A stretch of DNA of 64,000 nt from Candidatus Gottesmanbacteria bacterium (GTDB taxonomy: Bacteria; Patescibacteriota; Microgenomatia; UBA10105; UBA927). The notes below the pieces were generated by a model. It was not told the origin of the DNA, searched no databases, and saw only the letters and a list, made by a program, of their open reading frames with translations. Shown one piece after another: positions 43,903 through 54,025 of the stretch; the first letter of the stretch is position 1, and each line of letters begins with the position of its first letter. Location of the stretch: NCBI GenBank assembly GCA_963790805.1, contig CAWBPL010000002.1, positions 956,860 to 1,020,859 on the forward strand. The letters run 5' to 3'. Position numbers and translations under genes: made by a program.

Positions 43903-44862
43903 ATGGATTTAGCAGCCCTTATCAAAGACTTTCTTGAATACCTTGAAATTGAACGGAATGTTTCCCAGCTGACAATTCGCAACTATGCGCACTATTTGGA
44001 GAGGTTTCGGGCCTTTCTGGCGTGCTATCCCCCCTCCCCTGCCGGTGTGAAAACCGTGAAAACTATTGGGCCCTCGGACATAACGTCAGAATCGATCCGG
44101 CAATACCGCCTTTACCTTTCGCGTTATGTCGATGAGCATGATATGACGCTTAAACGCGTAACACAAAATTATCATCTTATCGCCATCAGAAGTTTTCTTA
44201 AGTACCTTCTCAAACGGGATATTGCCGTCGTGGCGCCGGAAAAAATCGATTTGCCCAAAGCCGAAAGCCATTCGATAAAATTTCTGGAGCGCGAGCAGAT
44301 TGACCGGCTTTTGAACATGCCGGAGATTTCAACTGCCGACGGACTGAGAGATAAGGCCATATTGGAAGTGCTTTTTTCGACCGGCCTTCGCGTCTCGGAA
44401 CTGGTCGGATTGAATCGCGATGTAATCAATTTTGAACGCAAGGAATTCGGCGTTATCGGAAAAGGACGCAGGGCCCGTGTGGTATTTCTTTCCGAATCCG
44501 CAGCAAGCTGGCTCAAGCGGTATATTGATAGTCGTGAGGACGACGCACCGGCGCTTTTCATCCGCTATGCCGGCAAAAAAGCGGATCCTGGTCAAAATGA
44601 AGCGGAGTCGCTTCGGCTTACCGCCCGAAGCGTGCAGCGGCTGGTGGAAAAATACGTCAAAAAAGCCCGTCTACCCGTAAAAATTACGCCGCACGGGCTT
44701 CGCCACAGTTTTGCAACTGATCTTCTTAGCGGCGGGGCTGATCTTCGGGCCATTCAGGAGATGCTGGGGCACAAAAACGTGTCGACCACGCAGATTTATA
44801 CGCACGTCACCAATCCGCAACTGAAAGAAATCCACGCAAAATTTCACCACAAAACGACGTAA
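43903..44862 (+). CDS. XerC/XerD-like tyrosine recombinase
   Basis: SAM-like N-domain (LEIERNVSQLTIRNYAHYLERF). Catalytic residues appear in GLRVSELVGL, HGLRHSFATDLL and LGHKNVSTTQIYTHV. Confidence 0.88.
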   Translation: MDLAALIKDFLEYLEIERNVSQLTIRNYAHYLERFRAFLACYPPSPAGVKTVKTIGPSDITSESIRQYRLYLSRYVDEHDMTLKRVTQNYHLIAIRSFLKYLLKRDIAVVAPEKIDLPKAESHSIKFLEREQIDRLLNMPEISTADGLRDKAILEVLFSTGLRVSELVGLNRDVINFERKEFGVIGKGRRARVVFLSESAASWLKRYIDSREDDAPALFIRYAGKKADPGQNEAESLRLTARSVQRLVEKYVKKARLPVKITPHGLRHSFATDLLSGGADLRAIQEMLGHKNVSTTQIYTHVTNPQLKEIHAKFHHKTT

Positions 44863-44874
44863 GCGCTGATTTAT

Positions 44875-44915
44875 CCTATAGCAAGGGCCTATAATTTGAT
44901 GTTTTTCCCTATAAT
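44875..44915. repeat. right copy of the CCTATA(A/G)TTTGATGT motif cluster
   Basis: CCTATAG at 44875-44881, GGCCTATAATTTGATGT at 44886-44902, and CCCTATAAT at 44907-44915. It starts 13 nt after the recombinase stop. Confidence 0.5.
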
Positions 44916-44946
44916 TCTCGCGTGGGTTCAAAGGTACCTGTATTCC

Positions 44947-46236
44947 TCAGCGTTTCATCACTTCATGATATGCAAAAAGGTACATTGACATGTTCCATGT
45001 TTGCAGCGGAATGCCCATAGGAGTACCGAGCTGTCCGTGAAGATATTCGTTGAATTCCCAGTTATTGAGGGCGTTCGCTCGCGCGAGATTACTAAGTTCC
45101 TGTTTTGCCCTTTTTCTATCAATTCTTGCTAACAACGCGACCCAGAAACCGCCGATATAAGGCCAAATGCCGCCGTTGTGGTACTGCCAAGGATAATTTT
45201 GGCGCCCCTTGGCCATGTAGGGTCGCCAGTCGGGTTCTCCCGGATAGATAGGCGGATACATTGCTTTTACCGGATACGGCATATTTGCTCCCGAGCGGAT
45301 GATAAAATCGACAATTTGTTCCTGTTTTTTGTCATCGGCGAGACCCGAAAGGCACGCTAAAATGTTGCCGTAGACGTCGCAGCGCATTTCAAAGGATTTG
45401 TGGGAAAGGTATCCGAGGTAATACGGTAAATATACGGCGTGGGTATTGGTGTATTCAATCATATTAACGGCAAACGGATGCGTTCTCGTATATGCGTTAT
45501 CTGGAAAGTACGCGATGGTTGAATCGCCTTTTTTATGCACCCACAGCATGGTATTGACGCCTTCGTAAATGCGTTCTTTTACCTCTTTGAGGTCGTTTCG
45601 TTTCTCCACTTCAATGCGAAGCCGTACGAGCCAGTACCAGAGCGCATTCGTATAAAGGACGATACCGAATCTGGGCATTTCATCTGCCCAATCCGACGAT
45701 TCTCCCTGTTCGAGAAGATAATCATTATTCGTATCCTGATAGGTAAGCCAGACAAATGCCTTTTCCAGTTGTTCTTTATAGCGGGAATAAAATGACGTGT
45801 TTCCTGTATATTTGAGATGCTCAAGGATCGCAATGGCCCACCAGAGCGTACTGTCAATCGTTCCGGGCATCCACCACTGGATGAGATTTTCCTGCGGGCG
45901 GATGTGGAACGGGAGCTGGCCTCGGGGAGATTGGGCATTTGCGAGGTTTGCAAGGGATTGTTCGAGAGCGTGAAGAAGCGTCGTATCGCCTGATGTCAAA
46001 ATACCGAGAGAGCTTACGCCCACATCTCGGCTAAAAAGAGAGGTGTAGAGTTTGGCTTGACTTTCGGCGTCTCCGGGAGATGCTGCGAGCAATCCTTCCT
46101 CAGCGGTATTTTCTTTTAAGCCGGCTAAAGAACGTTTGTAACATTGTTCCACGAGCGTTGATTTCATAGGTATTCTTTTTGGGTGATATCTTTCAAGGCA
46201 GACATACAATTTGTTTTCATGACTTTGGCATACCAC
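44947..46236 (-). CDS. GH100-like (alkaline/neutral invertase / GDE-type) (alpha/alpha)6 glycoside hydrolase
   Basis: GLLAASPG...YTSLFSRDVGVSSLGIL, DSTLWWAIAILEHLKYTGN, and GESSDWADEMPRFGIVLYTNALWY are colinear with GH100 motifs as I remember them. The likely start is the ATG at 46167, which overlaps the upstream stop. Confidence 0.6.
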   Translation of the reverse strand: MVCQSHENKLYVCLERYHPKRIPMKSTLVEQCYKRSLAGLKENTAEEGLLAASPGDAESQAKLYTSLFSRDVGVSSLGILTSGDTTLLHALEQSLANLANAQSPRGQLPFHIRPQENLIQWWMPGTIDSTLWWAIAILEHLKYTGNTSFYSRYKEQLEKAFVWLTYQDTNNDYLLEQGESSDWADEMPRFGIVLYTNALWYWLVRLRIEVEKRNDLKEVKERIYEGVNTMLWVHKKGDSTIAYFPDNAYTRTHPFAVNMIEYTNTHAVYLPYYLGYLSHKSFEMRCDVYGNILACLSGLADDKKQEQIVDFIIRSGANMPYPVKAMYPPIYPGEPDWRPYMAKGRQNYPWQYHNGGIWPYIGGFWVALLARIDRKRAKQELSNLARANALNNWEFNEYLHGQLGTPMGIPLQTWNMSMYLFAYHEVMKR

Positions 46237-47579
46237 AGCGCGCTTTGTTTGGGGGTGCGCTTCATGGTTTTTCGATCCACATACACCATGCCGAATGCGG
46301 ATTTGGGTCTGTATCCTTCAGCCCACTCGAAGTTATCCATAAGCGTCCATGCAAAATATCCCAAAACCGGAATTCCCCGTTGAATCGCTTTATAGACCTG
46401 AGCAAGATGTTGTCGGAAATATGCTATGCGCGGTGCGTCGTTTATGACTTTTTCGTTTCCACTTCGTTTCGATTCCAGCGCCATACCGTTTTCCGTAATA
46501 TAGAGCCGTTTGAGGCCGCTGGATCGATAGGAAAAATATACCTGCTGAAGTATGTCGTAGAGTCCTTCGGGGTAATACGGAGGAACAAAAATAGGCCATC
46601 CCAGATCGTTGGTTGGTGCACCGGATGTATTTTTCGCCGAATATCCAAGCAGGGATTTGGAATCAGCGCGGTTTAACCGTCCGCAATAATAATTGACGCC
46701 GAGCGTGAAAAGTTTACTTCCGATTGCTATTGTTTTCATGTCCGCGGAAGTTACCTTTGGCATATCTTTGCCGTAGAGATCTACCATGTCTTTTGGATAT
46801 TTTCCTAAGAATAACGGATCCAGAAACCACCGGTTAAAATATCCATCGGCTTTTCGTGCAGCATCAATATCTTTTGGATCCAAAGAGTTTGCATAGGAAG
46901 TTTCGACGTTGACGACGGTACTTATTTTTGCCTGCGTATCAATTTGTCTGAGCGCTTCGTATGCCGATCCCTGAGAAAGAAGAAGGTTGTGGGCTGCCAA
47001 AAGCGCTCGACAGAGATTTTGTTCGCCCGGCGCATGTATACCAAGATGATACGACAGCATGGAGGCGCACCATGGTTCATTGAGGATAAAATATTCATCG
47101 ATATACTCCCCCAGATTATTCGCAACGGCAGCGGCGTGCTGTGTAAATACGTCGACCGATTTACGATTCGTCCACCCGCCGATTGCCGAAAGATATTGCG
47201 GTAACTCCCAGTGATATAAGGTTGCGTAAATGGTTATTCCGGCTTTTTTTAACGATTTAAGATACGTTCTGTACCATTTGACCGCTTTTGCATTTACCTG
47301 CCCGTTTTCTTTGAGCATCCGCGACATCGAGATGCTCGTTCTATAGTGTTTCACTCCCAGCGATTGCATGAGTGCGACATCTTCCCGCCACCGGTGATAG
47401 CGGTCAACGCCGACGCCGGGGCGTGTGTTGTGATAGCATTTACCAGATGTTGCGGTAAAGGTATCCCACATGGTCTGTTGAGATTTTTCTATCGTTCTGG
47501 GGTATGTTTCGCCAACGACCTGCAAATCAGCATCGGCTATGCCAAAAATAAACGACGGAGGAAAGGTATACGTGGCCAT
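46164..47579 (-). CDS. GH1 beta-glucosidase / beta-galactosidase
   Basis: YHWELP, acid/base ILNEPW, nucleophile YITENG, and WTLMDNFEWAEGY. Confidence 0.9.
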   Translation of the reverse strand: MATYTFPPSFIFGIADADLQVVGETYPRTIEKSQQTMWDTFTATSGKCYHNTRPGVGVDRYHRWREDVALMQSLGVKHYRTSISMSRMLKENGQVNAKAVKWYRTYLKSLKKAGITIYATLYHWELPQYLSAIGGWTNRKSVDVFTQHAAAVANNLGEYIDEYFILNEPWCASMLSYHLGIHAPGEQNLCRALLAAHNLLLSQGSAYEALRQIDTQAKISTVVNVETSYANSLDPKDIDAARKADGYFNRWFLDPLFLGKYPKDMVDLYGKDMPKVTSADMKTIAIGSKLFTLGVNYYCGRLNRADSKSLLGYSAKNTSGAPTNDLGWPIFVPPYYPEGLYDILQQVYFSYRSSGLKRLYITENGMALESKRSGNEKVINDAPRIAYFRQHLAQVYKAIQRGIPVLGYFAWTLMDNFEWAEGYRPKSAFGMVYVDRKTMKRTPKQSALWYAKVMKTNCMSALKDITQKEYL

Positions 47580-47585
47580 ACAATG

Positions 47586-48656
47586 TTACGTGACCAGTTT
47601 GGCGGCGCCGATGATGCCGCAGTCTTTGATTTCTTCAAACTGTATGCTGTATTTCGTCAACTGGGAGACGTATTTTTCCACCATTGATTTATACTGCCAG
47701 CCGACCCAGAAAAGACTTCCTTCCATGACAAATGTCATGTCGCATTTTTTGAATTCTGCCATTCCCGCAACCTGACATGCGACAAGAGACGCCGAGTGTT
47801 CAAATAATCCTCTTGCTAAAGCTGAAACCATTTGAATATTTCCTCGCGCGAGCCGATCGAGTTGCTCGGTATTTTCAATGGTAGGGTGTTTAATCTGATT
47901 CTTAGCAAGAAGAATATTAAAATGATGATACAGGTAGCCGCCTGAAACTTCCTTTTCAAACAGATGTTCAGTTGGTGTAATTGACTGCATATCAATTTGT
48001 TTCCCTTCGTCCGATTGCGAAAATTTATTAAAGTTCGCCGCTTCCAGATTTACAAGATGTGTTTTATCCAAAAACACGGCAAAGTTCATGCCGGTACCGA
48101 CAATGCCCCCTGCGATAGTGTTTGCGGGATATTTTGTAAGTCCTGCAAGAGTTAAACAGATTGTATCATTTGCGATGGAAACGCGGATTACCCTCCCATA
48201 TTTGCTTTGAATATAGCGTTCGATTGTTTCTCCCACCAGCTGACCGACTAATCCCTGAAACGCATGTTCTTTTACTCCCCTGTCTAATTCACCATCGAGT
48301 TTACCGTTTGAGAAGATCGGTTTTAAGGGATAGGCAAAGTTAAGAGCCAATACTGTTGTTTTCGGACTGATATTTTTATCGATCACGGAAAGGAATACGT
48401 CTTTGGTTGTCATGACCGGAAGATGTTCTTCTTCGAGTGTTTTAATGATAATAGCGTTATTGTCGGAATATACATTTGATTTTTGAAGGATCGATCCGCC
48501 GATTTTGATGACCTGAAACACTTCCCTTTCCTTCACAAGCGGTTTGTTTGACAGTTGATGGACGATAAACGGAAGACTCGTTTTTTTACCGGCATCCGCA
48601 TCGCGTAGTTCTTTTGCGAAATTATCGGTAATTGTTTTCAGCATTTTTATATCCAT
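47586..48656 (-). CDS. hexokinase-family sugar kinase (actin-fold ATPase)
   Basis: The motif order VIKIGGS, ALNFAYPL, IANDTICLTLAG, GGIVGTGMNFAVF, NLEAANF parallels hexokinase LAIDLGGT, GFTFSFP, NDTVGT, GTGTNACY, EWGAF. Confidence 0.6.
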   Translation of the reverse strand: MDIKMLKTITDNFAKELRDADAGKKTSLPFIVHQLSNKPLVKEREVFQVIKIGGSILQKSNVYSDNNAIIIKTLEEEHLPVMTTKDVFLSVIDKNISPKTTVLALNFAYPLKPIFSNGKLDGELDRGVKEHAFQGLVGQLVGETIERYIQSKYGRVIRVSIANDTICLTLAGLTKYPANTIAGGIVGTGMNFAVFLDKTHLVNLEAANFNKFSQSDEGKQIDMQSITPTEHLFEKEVSGGYLYHHFNILLAKNQIKHPTIENTEQLDRLARGNIQMVSALARGLFEHSASLVACQVAGMAEFKKCDMTFVMEGSLFWVGWQYKSMVEKYVSQLTKYSIQFEEIKDCGIIGAAKLVT

Positions 48657-48717
48657 AGGTAATGATTCAAACTCTACTGATTATTCCCCCTTTTGTCAAC
48701 AAAAACCCTGTCTCCCT

Positions 48718-49704
48718 TTAGTATTTTTCTATTTTGTAGATAATGCTTCCGGTATGTTTTTTGCCTTTCGGAATGACGATGAGGTGTGATTCCTTTTTCA
48801 ATCCTTTCGCCCACAGGTTATGTGCGTCGGTCGAGCAGGTTTGATTTTCAATGCAGACCGCTTTCGGGTGACCTGTATAGACCACGACATGGGTAAAGTC
48901 GTTGGTGGTTATAAGGTGAACTTTCAGCTGTTTTGTCTGGTAATCGATGTACGGGAACTGTTTCGGTATTAATCCCGTATAGACGTGGTCAAGTGTTAAC
49001 GATCCGACGGCCGCGGGTTTTCGTATGTCATACGGTTTTTGGGCCACGTCAATGAGTTTCCCCGATGGCAATAAGGTAGCTTTCGGCGACTCCATCCAAT
49101 ATCTGGCCGGAACGCATACAAACGTTTTGTCGTTGCCGGATAGCCGGTTAAAATACGGGTGAAGTGCAAACCCAAACGGAAGAGAACTGTTTTCTTTATT
49201 TACCACAGTGTATTTTACCTGAATTCTATTTGAGTATAAAATATACTCAAGGCTCAGTTTACAAGCGTACGGATAAGCTTCATAGAGTGGTGATTTTTTC
49301 GTAATTTCAATGAATGTCGCGAAGGTGACGGAATTTTTTCCTACTTTGGGAGGAAGATAGTTCCATGGTTCGTCAAACACCAGCCCATGAAGTTCAATAA
49401 TGTGTCCCCTCTTTTTAAGAAGCGTCTGTTTCCCCTGCCACGTATAGGTAAAATCTTTTACCCGATTCGGCGTTGGAAACAACGGAAAATTGCCGGTGAA
49501 TCCGCATGACTCAAGAAGCTTCTTTTCGAACAGAATAATATCCTCTTTGCCGTAGGTCAGAGAGAACAGATTGCTTCCTAATTCCGGAGCTATTTTGGTG
49601 ACGATGGATTTTTCCGGATGTCCAGACGGTTTATAGAAAAGCGTGACGACCGAATATTTCTTTTTTGTTTTTTCGATAGTAGAGCCAAACGGTGATTTGT
49701 TCAT
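48718..49704 (-). CDS. galM: aldose 1-epimerase family protein
   Basis: Beta-sandwich size, the GFALHPYFN motif, and its position upstream of galT. Confidence 0.65.
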   Translation of the reverse strand: MNKSPFGSTIEKTKKKYSVVTLFYKPSGHPEKSIVTKIAPELGSNLFSLTYGKEDIILFEKKLLESCGFTGNFPLFPTPNRVKDFTYTWQGKQTLLKKRGHIIELHGLVFDEPWNYLPPKVGKNSVTFATFIEITKKSPLYEAYPYACKLSLEYILYSNRIQVKYTVVNKENSSLPFGFALHPYFNRLSGNDKTFVCVPARYWMESPKATLLPSGKLIDVAQKPYDIRKPAAVGSLTLDHVYTGLIPKQFPYIDYQTKQLKVHLITTNDFTHVVVYTGHPKAVCIENQTCSTDAHNLWAKGLKKESHLIVIPKGKKHTGSIIYKIEKY

Positions 49705-50717
49705 AGAAACCTCCTTAGTGTTGCTGCTGCCTCCTCAGGGCTGATATCGCGTTGGGCTTCCGCCATCATTTCATAGCCCACATAATGTTTTTTTATTGTA
49801 GCACTGCGAAGAAGCGGCGGATAAAAATGAATATGCATCTGCCACTCAGTATGATTTTTTTTATCCGTCGGCGCCTGATGAATGCCCATGGAATACGGAA
49901 AAGAGGTATGAAACAGACGGTCATACAGGCGGGTCAGTTTGCTGAGCGTTTCTGCCAGATTTTGACTCTCGGGAGTATTGAGATCGCGAAGTGACGTTTT
50001 GTGCTCTTTGGGGATAATCATCGTTTCATAGGGCCATACTGCCCAAAACGGAATGAGCATGATAAACGAGTTATTTTCAAATACGATGCGCTTATTTTCT
50101 TTTCGCTCCTTTTCCAGATAGGTTAGAAGAAGATTTTTTTTGTGTTTGGACACATAGGTTTTTTGGGCCTCCTGTTCTTTGGCAGGTATCGTTGGAATAT
50201 GTTCATTGGCCCAGATTTGGCTGTGCGGATGGGGACTGCTTGCGCCCATAAGCGATCCTTTATTTTCGAATATCTGAACATACGAAATAAACGGTTTATT
50301 GCCGATAGTCTCGTATTCTTTTGTCCACGTGGCAATGAGGTTGGTGATTTCACTCTCTTTCATTTCAGACATGGTTTTGTTATGAAGCGGTGTATAACAG
50401 ACGACGCGGCAAATTCCGCGTTCCTGCTCTGAGATGAATAAATCATCAATAATGCTCTTGCCTTCTGGTGCTTCGGGGAGCATTGCGGCATGATCGTTTG
50501 TAAAGACAAATGTTTTTTCGTATGCGGGATTGGTTTCTCCGTTTGCACGTACATTTCCGGGACAAAGATAACAGGTTGGATCAAAGCTGGGTCTATCGGT
50601 CGGGTTTACCGACTCCATGCTCCCCTGCCATGGTCGTTTGGACCTATGGGGTGAGACCAACAGCCAGTCGCCCGTTAAGGGATTATACCGTCGATGTGGG
50701 AGGTTAAAATCTATCAT
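49701..50717 (-). CDS. galT: galactose-1-phosphate uridylyltransferase
   Basis: RYNPLTGDWLLVSPHRSKRPWQG, zinc site CYLCPGN, and active site SSPHPHSQIW. Confidence 0.92.
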   Translation of the reverse strand: MIDFNLPHRRYNPLTGDWLLVSPHRSKRPWQGSMESVNPTDRPSFDPTCYLCPGNVRANGETNPAYEKTFVFTNDHAAMLPEAPEGKSIIDDLFISEQERGICRVVCYTPLHNKTMSEMKESEITNLIATWTKEYETIGNKPFISYVQIFENKGSLMGASSPHPHSQIWANEHIPTIPAKEQEAQKTYVSKHKKNLLLTYLEKERKENKRIVFENNSFIMLIPFWAVWPYETMIIPKEHKTSLRDLNTPESQNLAETLSKLTRLYDRLFHTSFPYSMGIHQAPTDKKNHTEWQMHIHFYPPLLRSATIKKHYVGYEMMAEAQRDISPEEAAATLRRFL

Positions 50718-50845
50718 ATAAGTTTTGTATCGCGGGGAGTGTGCGCATTTTTGAGCATCGTCATGCAGGGTATGGCGTAATAGCGTGACCTAAATTATAT
50801 TGCCTGACGAGCGCAAAAAATGCACACCGACCAAAGCGATATTTA

Positions 50846-52180
50846 CTATTGATATACTATCTCAGCTCCTTCGCTGGGCGTAAACTCGATAAACTCAAGG
50901 ACTCTATGAAATTGTGTATGATAAAGTGCGGCGAGCGTTTTTTTAAAGGAAGGAAGCGATCGATTTATAACGAGCGCGAGCGCTATCGCCGAAAAACCAC
51001 CGCCCATGTTGCGCATTCCCAGAACGCCCGGCAACTCTCTTCCTTTTGTTACTAAAAATGTGAGTTGCGGCGTGTTCTCATCAAGTTCGTAGAGTTCAAG
51101 GGAGCTTTTCCCCGCTTCCGTTAAAAGTTTTCCAAACGTGACAACGTCCTTGTTTTTCAGTGCTTTAATGGCGTCTAGGACGCGGACGTTTTCCGTTATG
51201 ATATGCTCTACGCGTTTTCGCATGACGGGATTTTTCCGTTGCAACTCATTCCTGTGAGCTACAAATTCTTTGAGGGTTACGTCTCTTAGACTTCCCACCT
51301 TTTTTCCCAATACTTTTGCCCAAAACGGCAGGCTTTCTTCGCACATTTTTCTTCGTGCCACATAGCCGGTTTCACCGAGTTGACGCTCGAGTGTCGGGTC
51401 AACTGGGATAATAAATGAAGCAGGGATCGGGAATTTTGACGGGATCACCTTGATATCTGAAACGGGAGAATTGCCCCTCGGCAAAAAATCCAAAAGCACC
51501 ATCGCATCTTTTTTGGCGAATGTAACAGATCCCTGATCCAAAAATCCGCACGGGCTTTTAACAATCGGGCTGTTTTCTGCGGTTTTGCAAAGGAGCGCGA
51601 CGCGTATCCGATCAATAGGTTGTTTATACAGTGTCAATAACGCCAAAGCTACGGCAACTTCCAAAGCGGCGCTACTTGAAACGCCGCCGGATTTAGGAAC
51701 CGTGCTGTCGATAAGAATATTTGCGCCATAAACCGCATACTTCGCTTTGAGTAATTCTTTGACGACTGCCCGAATATAATTGGTCCATGTGACGGACTCG
51801 TCACGGGTTACACCGGTTAGAGAAAATTCAGTTGGCTTTTCTGTTGGAAACGCAGATGAATACACGCATATTTTTTTATCGCTCCGTTTATTGATGAAAC
51901 AGAATGTATCGCGCGAGATCCCTGCTGCCAGCGCAAATCCGTAGTTATAATCGGTGTGGCATCCGAGTATTTCCGCTCGGCCGGGAGCTCGGGAAACGAC
52001 TTCTGGTAAAGCTCCAAACAGATCCTGAAATTTCTTTTTTCCAACGGCTATTCTCGTATGAGGTTCCGGTTTTTTCTGTTTCATAGGAATAATATCTGCG
52101 AATGTACTGTTTATTGCTGCGAAAGTCAACTTATGGTTGGGATAGACAATATCGCGGTTATTTGGCAGGTGACTGGGCAT
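50846..52180 (-). CDS. galK: galactokinase (GHMP kinase)
   Basis: APGRAEILGCHTDYNYG and GGVSSSAALEVA. The likely start is the ATG at 52084 (MKQKKPEPH). Confidence 0.88.
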   Translation of the reverse strand: MPSHLPNNRDIVYPNHKLTFAAINSTFADIIPMKQKKPEPHTRIAVGKKKFQDLFGALPEVVSRAPGRAEILGCHTDYNYGFALAAGISRDTFCFINKRSDKKICVYSSAFPTEKPTEFSLTGVTRDESVTWTNYIRAVVKELLKAKYAVYGANILIDSTVPKSGGVSSSAALEVAVALALLTLYKQPIDRIRVALLCKTAENSPIVKSPCGFLDQGSVTFAKKDAMVLLDFLPRGNSPVSDIKVIPSKFPIPASFIIPVDPTLERQLGETGYVARRKMCEESLPFWAKVLGKKVGSLRDVTLKEFVAHRNELQRKNPVMRKRVEHIITENVRVLDAIKALKNKDVVTFGKLLTEAGKSSLELYELDENTPQLTFLVTKGRELPGVLGMRNMGGGFSAIALALVINRSLPSFKKTLAALYHTQFHRVLEFIEFTPSEGAEIVYQ

Positions 52181-53171
52181 TCATGAATGCAAAGATTTCT
52201 TCTTCGGAGTGAGGAATTTTTTGGTCCTTGCCGATTCTCGTACAGCTTAATGCGGCTGCGGCACATGCAAACTGTGCAGTTTTTGTTATGGGCCATGATT
52301 GGCACAACCCATAGGTAAACGTGCCTAAGAAAACGTCACCTGCACCGTTGGTATCGACTGCCTTCACCGGAAAAGAGGGTTGGTAAAATATTTTTTGCTG
52401 TTGTTGTCCTACCATGCAACCTTTTTCTTCCATCGTATGTACAACAAGATTAGGTCCGAATTTCAGAACTTTTTGTATAATCGATTCAGGACTCATTTTC
52501 GGCCATGACACCGATGAGTATGCTTGAGGAACGATAACGATATCGGCGTATGAGATGAGCCGCTCCATCTGTTTTTTGGGGCTGCCGAGATCTAACAATG
52601 TTGTAGTGCCGGATTTACGCGCCTTCTTCATAAGTTCAAACGTCGCCTCATTATTGTGTCCGTCAACGAGAAGAAATTGCGGTTTTGTACCGAACGTGTT
52701 CGCAAACGCATCGTGCTTGATGTTTGAAAAACTTCCGGTAGTGTAAAAACTGGTGCGATTCCCTGTTTTTTCATGGATGACGACGAACGCGAGCGGCGTT
52801 TCCGTTTCTGGAACTTTTATTATATGACCGATCCCGACACGCTCTTTTTTAAATATTGTCATAAGTGCTTCACCGAAAAGGTCATCACCAATGGTTGTAT
52901 ATATTTCAGTCGTCACTCCGAGCCGTGACAGAACAATCAGCGCGGTTGGCACGACGCCACCGAGTTGAATTGCCTGATGCGCGACACGGTTTTTATGATA
53001 CGTCCGAATATGGTCGGTCATCATGAGAATATCAACAACGACTAAACCGCACCCTGTGACTTGAATCGTAGGACCCGCCGATTTGGATTGTTTCATAGGA
53101 GAATTCTTATTATATCGCATTTTTGGCCCGCTCGTTACTGGCAAGCGCGTATAAAGTACGCTACAATACAT
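52158..53171 (-). CDS. PfkB-family carbohydrate kinase (tagatose-6-P/ribokinase-like)
   Basis: N-terminal GCGLVVVD and C-terminal DTNGAGDVFLG. The likely start is at 53120 or 53096. Confidence 0.8.
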   Translation of the reverse strand: MYCSVLYTRLPVTSGPKMRYNKNSPMKQSKSAGPTIQVTGCGLVVVDILMMTDHIRTYHKNRVAHQAIQLGGVVPTALIVLSRLGVTTEIYTTIGDDLFGEALMTIFKKERVGIGHIIKVPETETPLAFVVIHEKTGNRTSFYTTGSFSNIKHDAFANTFGTKPQFLLVDGHNNEATFELMKKARKSGTTTLLDLGSPKKQMERLISYADIVIVPQAYSSVSWPKMSPESIIQKVLKFGPNLVVHTMEEKGCMVGQQQQKIFYQPSFPVKAVDTNGAGDVFLGTFTYGLCQSWPITKTAQFACAAAALSCTRIGKDQKIPHSEEEIFAFMNAQSPAK

Positions 53172-54019
53172 TTATGAATGCTATCGGGCCATTTCTGCAA
53201 AACGATCGGATATTGATGCTCGCGCTTGATCACCGCGGAAGTATGGAAAAGATGCTGCCTGCCTCAATTCCTCAGAAGGAGCGAAACAAAGCAATTATTG
53301 ATCTCAAACAAACGCTTATAGAAACGCTCGCGCCGATCTACAGCGGGGTTTTATTGGATCCTGAATTCGGTCTTTTGGCGTATAAGAAAAGTGCAGTGTC
53401 GGCTGTAAAAAAGAGGCCCTTTCTTTTATGTATTGAAAAAACCGGCTATACGGATACGAATCATGAGCGGTTGACCGAGCTACAGTATTCTGTGAATGAA
53501 CTAAAGCAATTGGGGGCTAAGGGCGTCAAACTGCTTCTTTTTTTCCATCCTGACGCAATAACCGCAGGGCAACAGGTAACCCTTACGAAGCGCGTTTTTG
53601 AGGATTGCCGGAAAAACGGATTGCCATTTTTCCTGGAGATTCTTAATTATCCGTTGAACGGTTCGGGCTATGACCCTTCGGTGCTGGTTCCTCAGTCCGT
53701 CAAGATTTTTTTGGACAGCGGAATTACGGCTGACGTTTTTAAACTGGAGTTTCCCGGTACCGCTTCCTCCTGCGAGCAGGTAACGAAGCTTTTGGGTCAA
53801 ACTCCATGGATTCTGCTTACAAAAGGCGCTTCGTATGATGCATTCGTTGAGGGATTGCGGATTGCGATTGAAAACGGGGCGCGCGGGTTTCTTGCCGGTC
53901 GGTCTATTTGGCAGGATTTCGTGAAATTACCGCAGCAAGAATGGAAGAATTTTATTGAGACGACGGTGAATCAGCGGTTTAATGAGATCTGTGAAATTGC
54001 ATGTCAACGAAGAGTTTAA
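53123..54019 (+). CDS. tagatose-1,6-bisphosphate aldolase (LacD-like class I aldolase)
   Basis: It is colinear with S. aureus LacD as I remember it: MLALDHRGSM, VLLDPEFGL, EKTGYTD, GVKLLLFF, LPFFLEILNY, DVFKLEFP, GFLAGRSIW. The likely start is the ATG at 53174, 6 nt after TACAAT. Confidence 0.8.
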   Translation: MARSLLASAYKVRYNTFMNAIGPFLQNDRILMLALDHRGSMEKMLPASIPQKERNKAIIDLKQTLIETLAPIYSGVLLDPEFGLLAYKKSAVSAVKKRPFLLCIEKTGYTDTNHERLTELQYSVNELKQLGAKGVKLLLFFHPDAITAGQQVTLTKRVFEDCRKNGLPFFLEILNYPLNGSGYDPSVLVPQSVKIFLDSGITADVFKLEFPGTASSCEQVTKLLGQTPWILLTKGASYDAFVEGLRIAIENGARGFLAGRSIWQDFVKLPQQEWKNFIETTVNQRFNEICEIACQRRV

Positions 54020-54025
54020 TAGTTT

